The notes beneath the pieces were generated by a model. That model ran no database searches and had not been told where the DNA came from. It was given only the letters and a program-made list of their open reading frames with translations. Below are positions 55,131 to 64,000 of a DNA stretch of 64,000 bases, one piece after another; positions within the stretch are counted from its first letter, which is position 1, and each line of letters begins with the position of its first letter. The position numbers were made by a program, and so were the translations under genes. The stretch comes from Eledone cirrhosa (lineage: Eukaryota), in NCBI GenBank assembly GCA_964016885.1, contig OZ024745.1, positions 26,970,001 to 27,034,000 on the forward strand. Reading direction: 5' to 3'.

Positions 55131-55944
55131 GGCGGCGGCGGCGGCGGCGGCGGCTACTACTACTACTACAGCAACAGCTACTGGCAGTGAATGAAGTTGG
55201 GTATGATGGTGGCATCAGTGACAGTGGGGTATTGCGATGTTGGTGGGGATGATGGTGGAGGATGGTGGTGGGGTGATGGTGGAGGATAGTGATGGGGGTG
55301 ATGGTGGGAGGACGGTGAGGGTGGAGGATGGGGTTAAAATATACGGAACAGCCGCATTAGAGTTTTTACTTCTTTTCAATGGTGCACCCTTAGGTTTAGA
55401 AAATAGGGTTTATACTAAACATCCTGAACTACGTTTAGAGTGATCACTCTCCCACTTTCTCCCGAATGTTCTAAAGACCTCCTACCCCACTCCTAGAGAA
55501 CCTATGTCTGACAAAGGTCCGGCAGTAAGATCTTCATGTATCCTACTACAAAAGGCTCAGTCGTGGGCTATGAAGGTTAGCCAGGTAAAAAGGCTGCAGT
55601 TATGCCAGATGATCCAGTTAATTCTGAGACCAAATATGTTCTGTGATTTGAAAAAGATATCAACATGGCTGAGTTCATATTCTCATAGGTAGACGAGTGC
55701 GGTCGAGCATTTGGACAGAAGAGTGAAAAATACCAGAAACTTTCGTAAGATTACAAGAAGAAATGATAGCAAGCATGGCTATTTCCAATCGAGGAGACTT
55801 GCCTAGTCGTTATGGAGAATATTCAGAGCGATTGGCATGACATGAAAAGAAGACAGCAGCTGATACAATAAAGAGGTGGCTGAAAAATACTCTTTCTTGT
55901 TATGGAGTGCGAAAAAGGAGCTAAGTTAAAACTCAAGATATTAA

Positions 55945-56138
55945 CGAGGGTCGGCTGACTACGACGGAAAGATGCTAGAGGTGCAAAATCGTGCTATCGT
56001 GAAATTCACTTCTTATTAATAACTGCATTGTTTCTTACCGGGGACTATTTTGTAAAATAAATCTTATTTGGTCATTCCATGAGAGTATCTTTGTCAGTGT
56101 ATGAATTTTTCCGCCTGTGAATCTTTCAGCCGACCCTC

Positions 56139-56139
<1 letters not shown>
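55945..56139. mobile_element. Mariner-like MITE
   Basis: 14-bp TIR CGAGGGTCGGCTGA / TCAGCCGACCCTCG; TA on the right flank. Confidence 0.7.
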
Positions 56140-56191
<52 letters not shown>

Positions 56192-57309
56192 CGTGTGTGT
56201 GCGTGTGCGTGTGTGTGTGTGTGTGCATGTGTGTATGTGTGTATGTGTGTATATATATATGTATGTATGTATGTATGTAAGTATGTATGTATGTATGTGT
56301 GCATGTGTGTATATGATTCATAATAATGATTTAGCAGCTCTTTTTTTATTATGAAACCTGCCTGAGCAATAATAAATTTATTTTCTGACTTGCTTGTATA
56401 TATCTAGCATGCTATGATTTTAATAAATATTAATGCTTGCCAATAACTTATGATTTGTTTATTCATTTAAAGGTATCAGCTCGAACTCAAACACAGCAAT
56501 ATTTCTTTGCAGGAATTAGCGGCTTGAAGAAACTATATCGTCTCATTTACTGAACTATTAGCTTGTGCTAGTAAATTATTTCTCCTGCTGTCACAGTTTC
56601 GTATTCCCTATTTGGCTTAAGAAATATAATTATATACCATAGCTTTACGACAATATTAATTCTACTCACGATAAAGAGGGTTTACTGAACCTCTATACAG
56701 GTATGGTTTTAAAATACAATTTTATTAAACGAATTTGACAACGTCATTGAATCGAAAAGACATACGCACTTACCTATCTTAATAAATTTCAGGTGTGGAG
56801 AAAATGTATTTTGTAATCATTTTAAAGACTTGTCTTCAGAAAGAACAGCGGCTGCGTCAGATATATAATTAAAATGGCGTCGTGAGTAACTGAATAGGTT
56901 GCTCAAGAAAACAGCCCCCTCAATATCCCCCCCTGGTGAGGAAAACGACTAGATTTTAACTACTCTGAGGGGAATAATTGGAATTCAAGCGTATCACGAT
57001 AGATGCATAGATTCAATTTACGAACTAAAGACGTTTTGAAAGACGAAAATCACTTGCTTACATGGTTTAGAAAATTAGTCTGGGCTTAAAAGGAAGAAGA
57101 AAAACACGAAAGAAACAAAAGAGGATAATAACAAGATAGAAAACGATGGCTTATCTTTGGCTTTGCTCCACAAGTGGTCGTTACCATGGTGATTAAGTCA
57201 GATAGAACCTCCCGTTTGGTGTACGTACATATTTACGTATATATGTGTATAAGCATTCGTTCATTCATTCATATATATATGTATATATATATATGTGTAT
57301 GTGTGTGTT

Positions 57310-57383
<74 letters not shown>

Positions 57384-58247
57384 TGTGTGTCTGTGCGTGT
57401 GACAATGTATGTATATATGGATTACGTGCGTGGGTTGTGGTTTTATGGAGTCTGCATTTGTTAGAGAGGAAGTGAGAGAGAGTGTGTTTACGTGCATATG
57501 TGTGTGAGTGTGTATCTGTGTGTCTCTGTATTTGTGTGTATGTGTATTTGTGAGTGTGTGCCTATGTGTAAGTGTGTGCGCGCGCGGATGCACGCGTAAA
57601 ACATTGTCCTCATAAATAAATCACTTTGTTACCAAAACCTCTGGAGCCAAAAACATTTACAATAAATGCGGTCGAACTCTGTCCTTGTTGGATTCTACAT
57701 TTGGGTTGTGCCTGTTATTAATTATTTTGATAAACGATGGTTTTCAAACTGTTATCCGACTCTTATTAATCTTACAACTTTAAGGCAGTGCCCCAGCATG
57801 ACCGCGGTATAACGACTGAAAACAGTAAATAAATCTATACTCCTCTTCAAACATCCAGATGTAAAGAAGTTAATGTTGTTACTGTTTGTTGTTGTTGTTG
57901 GTGGTGGAGGTGGTGGTGGTGGTGGTAGTGGTGTTGATGGTAATTGTTGGTGATTATGTTGATGTTGGTGTTGTTGTTGTTAGGGGTAGCTGTTTGTGGG
58001 GAGGTGGGGTAGGAGTGTTTGGTTAAGCATACATAAGGGGCGATTACAATAAATATCTTTGAAAATTTTCAAAAACTTTTACTCCTTGGTTGAGGCAATT
58101 CTATAAACATGTCAGTGGTGCAAAGCTGTGTAGATTAGAAGTTATAGATATCATAACGAAATTGTTGTTTACGTTAAATCGCCACACTTTTCAGGGTAAA
58201 ACAAGATAGAAATATCTATGGAATATTTAGCCACTTACACAAGGTCA

Positions 58248-58405
58248 TATGGCAGCGAATTGATAGAGTCGTTAAAACGTCGGGTAGAATCATTTGAGGT
58301 ATTCGTTTCGATTCTCTGCTCTCTGAGTTCAAATCCCATCGGGGTCAACTTTGTCTTTCATCCATTCGGGGGTCGATAAAAAAGTACCAATTCAATACTG
58401 GAGTC
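58248..58405 (+). mobile_element. Old tRNA-SINE copy
   Basis: ctgagttcaaatccc..ggtcaactttgtctttcatcc..ggggtcgataaa. Confidence 0.8.
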
Positions 58406-59736
58406 GAGAATTCCTCTATATCCCTTTCTCACTTCCATTTTCTCACTTTCTATCCTTCTCTTGAAGAAATCAGTTGAATTCAAACCTGGAGAGGAGATGG
58501 GCTCTACCTAGTTTTAAAATGACCTAAAGACGCTGTAAATACGGCACCCTTACAACTCCCTCGGGAGTTACGGGACTAAAACTACCACCACTATATGTCA
58601 ATGAGTAAATTGTTCCGTTGATCCAACGATTTGAATACACGCTCGTCAAAATCAATGAGAATGTTGATATTGTTAGGATCAGCAAGCATTAAATAACTAT
58701 CCACCAATAAGTTGGATTATGGAATTCATAGAACGCAACAATATATTTTAGTGGAACTAACTCTATAACGAACTCATCCTTTCGACTGAGAGCTCCACCA
58801 ACTTTCGATATAACTTCCCGATGTTTTACCACTATATATACATAATGAAATGAATTAATTGTATATGGACAGTTATGTTGTTTAATGTTTGGATATGTGT
58901 GTGTATGCATAGATGCATGTATGTATGCATGCATGAATGCATGCATGTGTGTCTGTATGTATGTATGCATGCATGTATGCATGCATGCATGTATGATGTA
59001 TGTGTGTATGTTTGTATGTGTGCATGTATGTATATATGTTGTATGTTATGTATGTTATGTTATGTATAAAGAAGAGAAAAACAGATTTCATTATTGAGCA
59101 ATTTATCTATTCTCCTGAAACAAATACTGATAGCATCAATCAACTGTCAATGGTGGTTACATTTAGTAAGTACATAAGCTGACACAAGGCATATAGAAAG
59201 ATGTGTACACAGATTACTAAACCAACATGCTTTCATAGATATTTAAAAGCCGCCTTTAACTATTTATCCTCTCTAAAATCACGTACTACCAGACAAACAA
59301 AGAAAAAACCTTTGAAATACTATATATACAAATGTAAAGAATGTAGATTCAACACCCAATTAAAAAGAAATCCTACGATATCACCACTACCACCCCGTCT
59401 CCCTTCCTAATTTCGTTTACCTTCTTAGATTCCAAAACTTTGTATAACATAAGCCTCGATGTTATATCTCTTAAAACATTGTTTGTCTGTGTCGTACGTG
59501 AATTTCTGAATTACTGTAACCGATCAAAGATGAGGACATTGCATCATATTATATATATATATGTGTGTGTGTGTGTGTATTTGTCTATGTGTGTGCGTGG
59601 GTGGGTGTGCGTTTGTTTGTATGTAAAAGGTAAACAGAAACAACAAAGCAAATGACACAGTACAATGAATAAATATATTATTTTAACGCTGGAAATAATA
59701 AAAAAGAGTATTCCATCGTATTCTAAGAGATATATG

Positions 59737-59814
<78 letters not shown>

Positions 59815-60217
59815 TGTGTGTGCGTGGGTGTGTTTGTCTAGCCTATAACTGCCACAGTTTGTTGCTTCGTTACCATGCCTACTTATCGGTAAAGATGTCA
59901 ATAACTATTCCAGTCTTGATAAAGATACTTAGACATTGCTTCAGTTCATGTAATTGAAAATACCATGCAGAACCTACCCAATGTATCTGATGAGTATTAC
60001 ACAATATTGTAGGCTCAAATTATCTCACGATTTACTTGAAGAAAGATAAATGCCATTAATTGTATGATAAAAGATATGCCAAAACTAACATGTCCTTCGA
60101 TATTTATCAGGATGTCATCAGAAACTAATTCAATTTACCCATAAATACAATTAATCCTGAAATTTATTTGCCTTTCTTGTTATCTAGAAACACTGCCAAC
60201 ATAGTTTACCATCTTAT

Positions 60218-60620
60218 CTATTCTACCAAAGGGGCTTTCATGATGTCACAAGGAATGACATCATGGAATACCGCAAAAGCTAAACAGGTTTCTCGTAAAG
60301 GATGTATTTCACATGAACTACGTTGAAACGTAAGACCGTTTGTTCGATTCTTGAATTTGGTAACACGTTGTGTACTTAAGCAGGACATTTGACTTCTCGT
60401 TACACCTGTCCCATCAACTGTGAAAATTAGTTGCGGCAACATTGGTGCAAAGCTGTATTAGCTTATGCCGTTCCCTTGGACAGCATTGGTTACACATAGA
60501 GGAGAGGTTTGCATTATTGGAGGATTGCTGGTCTTTCTTAAAACACGTTGATCAGGTTTGATCGTTGATGAAGTACTTTCTTAGTGCAAAACCATTGTGA
60601 GTCAATATTTTGACGATTTT
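60218..60620 (-). pseudogene. Possible pogo/Tigger transposase relic
   Basis: PQLIFTVDGTGV resembles IFNxDETG; little other support. Confidence 0.3.
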
Positions 60621-61521
60621 CACCAACTTCAAATTCTACATAAATAAGGTTTTCATTTTTACCCATTTCTCAGACATAAGTGGGGTTGGCTTATATTCGA
60701 GTATATACCGTATTTGAATTCTTCCAGTACGAAAGGAACTAATTTCTAACAAATGAATAAAGCCCCTCGTTGAAATTTGGATAACAAAAACGTCACATGT
60801 TGAACATGTCATGCATATTTCTACTGTTTCGTTATAGATTTTATTTGTAAAATACATACTAACTGAACAGTTTCTTTGTCTAAATACTAGCTATTCAAGA
60901 ATGTCACTTAAGGCATTTACTAACACAGTTAAATGTAATATTAATTATTAGTATAAATGTAAATATATAATCTGGGAAAAAAAGCTGAACACTTCGATGC
61001 AGCAGTTCTTAGGTATTTTCTTTCTCACTGATTTCAGAAGAAATGTATATATGCATGTATGTTTGTTTGTATATATGTTCTTCTGGTTTTATAATTTCAC
61101 AAATGTTTGCCAATAGAGAGAGAGTCGGTTTCTAACATAGACACAAGACTCTCTCATTGGAATTTGCACATCACCTAGGTAGATATGTATGTATGTCTGC
61201 ATGCATGTGTAGGTATGGATGTTATTGTATGTGTGGATGTGTATGTTTTGAGTTGTATGTGTGTATGTGTATACGCTTTGTATCTGTACATGTGTATATG
61301 CAGTTATTAGATGCAACATTTTTGGAATGTTTTACATATTTTTACTGTTCCATTAATGGATTGATGTATGTATGATGTATGTATGTATGCATTTATATTT
61401 TATCTACGTATGTATATATATGAATATATGTATGTATATAAGTATTTATGTTTGTATGTATGTGCGTATGTATGCAAGTATACATGTATGTGTGTACGTA
61501 TATAAATATCTATGCTTAATA

Positions 61522-61690
61522 TCTAAACTATAATAAAGGAAGGTCTGCGGGATTGCGTATGGTTTTTTTTTATCCCGTTTGTAAAATAAGTTGGATTACT
61601 TTGAATAAATAATGAATGAATATTACATAATTTATGTACTCAATTTCGTAAACAAAAATAATTTCGTAAAAAATATATAATTTCAAATTG
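61522..61690 (+). mobile_element. 5' fragment of the 8437-8943 Helitron-like family
   Basis: tctaaactataataaaggaaggtctgcgggattgcgt..gtaaaataagttggattactttgaataaat. Confidence 0.75.
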
Positions 61691-61877
61691 ACTTCTTTTG
61701 AAAGTTGCACTTGCGGTATATCGCCGCCACTACCACAATTTCAACTACCATATATAGAAAGAGAGAGTATGATTGTGCACACACATACATGTATATGTAT
61801 GTGTATATAACTATTATTAGTATATAACTATAATCGTGCAAACACAAATTTATAAAAATACACTCACGGACATAATT

Positions 61878-62610
61878 CACACAAATACACATACTTTCAC
61901 ACAAATATACATACATTCACACAAATATACATACTTTCACACAAATATACATACATTCACACAAACATACATACTTTCACACAAATATACATACATTCAC
62001 ACAAATATACATACATTCACACAAACATACATACATTCACACAAATATACATACATTCACACAAACATACATACTTTCACACAAATATACATACATTCAC
62101 ACAAATATACATACATTCACACAAACATACATACATTCACACAAATATACATACATTCACACAAATATACATACATTCACACAAACATACATACATTCAC
62201 ACAAATATACATACATTCACACAAACATACATACTTTCACACAAATATACATACATTCACACAAACATACATACTTTCACACAAACATACATACTTTCAC
62301 ACAAATATACATACATTCACACAAATATACATACATTCACACAAACATACATACATTCACACAAATATACATACATTCACACAAATATACATACATTCAC
62401 ACAAACATACATACATTCACACAAATATACATACATTCACACAAACATACATACTTTCACACAAATATACATACATTCACACAAACATACATACTTTCAC
62501 AAAAATATACATACATTCACACAAACATACATACTTTCACACAAATATACATACTTTCACACAAATATACATACTTTCACACATATACTTTCACACAAAC
62601 ATACATACAT
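61878..62610. repeat. 20-bp minisatellite (CACAAAYATACATACWTTCA), ~36 copies
   Basis: Seen directly; two variable positions. Confidence 0.97.
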
Positions 62611-62939
62611 TCATACATATACATTTACACAAACACACACATACAGTCATGATAGCGTTCGGTTTAATTGGAAATGGGAGGGTAAAACAAGTATCACGTT
62701 TTATTTATTTATTAACTCTTTTTTTTTAAACTCATCTAAACTAAACTCATCTAAACTCATCTAAACAGAAATTCGAATATTCTATGTTTGTCTTCACATA
62801 TATATCGCTATTTCAGAGCATTAAATCCAAATTCTAATTTCTGCCGGACCGGCTACCGCTCTTTCAAACCAGTTCCTGTACACAGCTAAGTATTCTATAA
62901 GTCTCTAGCTGTGTCGTTCTCGATAAAAGCATTGGATAT

Positions 62940-62982
62940 GTAATCCTGATGATTTCTAATAAGAATGAAACGCGTAGATTAC
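62940..62982 (+). ncRNA. Minimal type I hammerhead ribozyme
   Basis: GTAATC-CTGATGA-tttctaataagaat-GAAA-CGCG-TA-GATTAC: perfect stem I, palindromic stem III. Confidence 0.9.
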
Positions 62983-63104
62983 TTCCCTTGCTTTTATCGA
63001 GAATCTCAAATTGTAATACGTGACGTATTCTATTCTATAGCGATTGGGTCTTCAAAATGTTTATTATAAACATACAGAATATTTTCGAATATTCTATGTT
63101 TGTC

Positions 63105-63163
<59 letters not shown>

Positions 63164-63299
63164 AGATACTATTTATAGTTATGTATATATATACACTATA
63201 AACAGCTATAAACAGGTAAGGTCAGTAATTTATTACTACCTTATTACCAGTAAGATAAATAGCTCAATGTAAGGACATCAGTTGTTTTACAGAGCAGTG

Positions 63300-63910
<611 letters not shown>

Positions 63911-64000
63911 ATATATGTCAGTTTTAAGACTCACATCCCACCATATGAATATGAAGATTCACACGATGTCGACATCCAGTCTCTTGTTTCAAAATGGTTA

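Noticed and set aside
55085-55335. Trinucleotide runs (CTA/CTG/GCG, GAT/GGT) as a coding low-complexity exon
   Set aside because: Simple repeats with no supporting ORF context.
61836-62729. 297-aa His/Thr-rich ORF
   Set aside because: Translation of the 20-bp minisatellite.

Overview
Eukaryotic, AT-rich, microsatellite-saturated DNA with no host gene I can support. The SINE families resemble octopus/coleoid cephalopod SINEs (inference). Almost all non-microsatellite sequence is retroelement-derived: (i) an intact single-ORF L1/Tx1-type LINE plus relatives, all in (TATC)n arrays; (ii) a CRE-type RLE element nested in a HERO-like remnant; (iii) RTE fragments; (iv) about 14 tRNA-derived SINE copies and several Helitron-like/MITE elements; (v) the dominant signal, a (TA)n-targeted Penelope-like element (PLE) population with RT/GIY-YIG remnants and over 20 type I hammerhead ribozyme (HHR) motifs from roughly a dozen sequence families. 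About 12 of these insertions share one architecture: two outward-facing 3' ends, one stopping at a fixed proximal site ('A', shortly after the HHR) and the other at a fixed distal site ('B', 45-110 nt further). In small copies the fold-back point often lies in the ribozyme itself. The long YI/CV/HT ORFs are microsatellite artefacts. Coordinates were read by eye and element boundaries are approximate.
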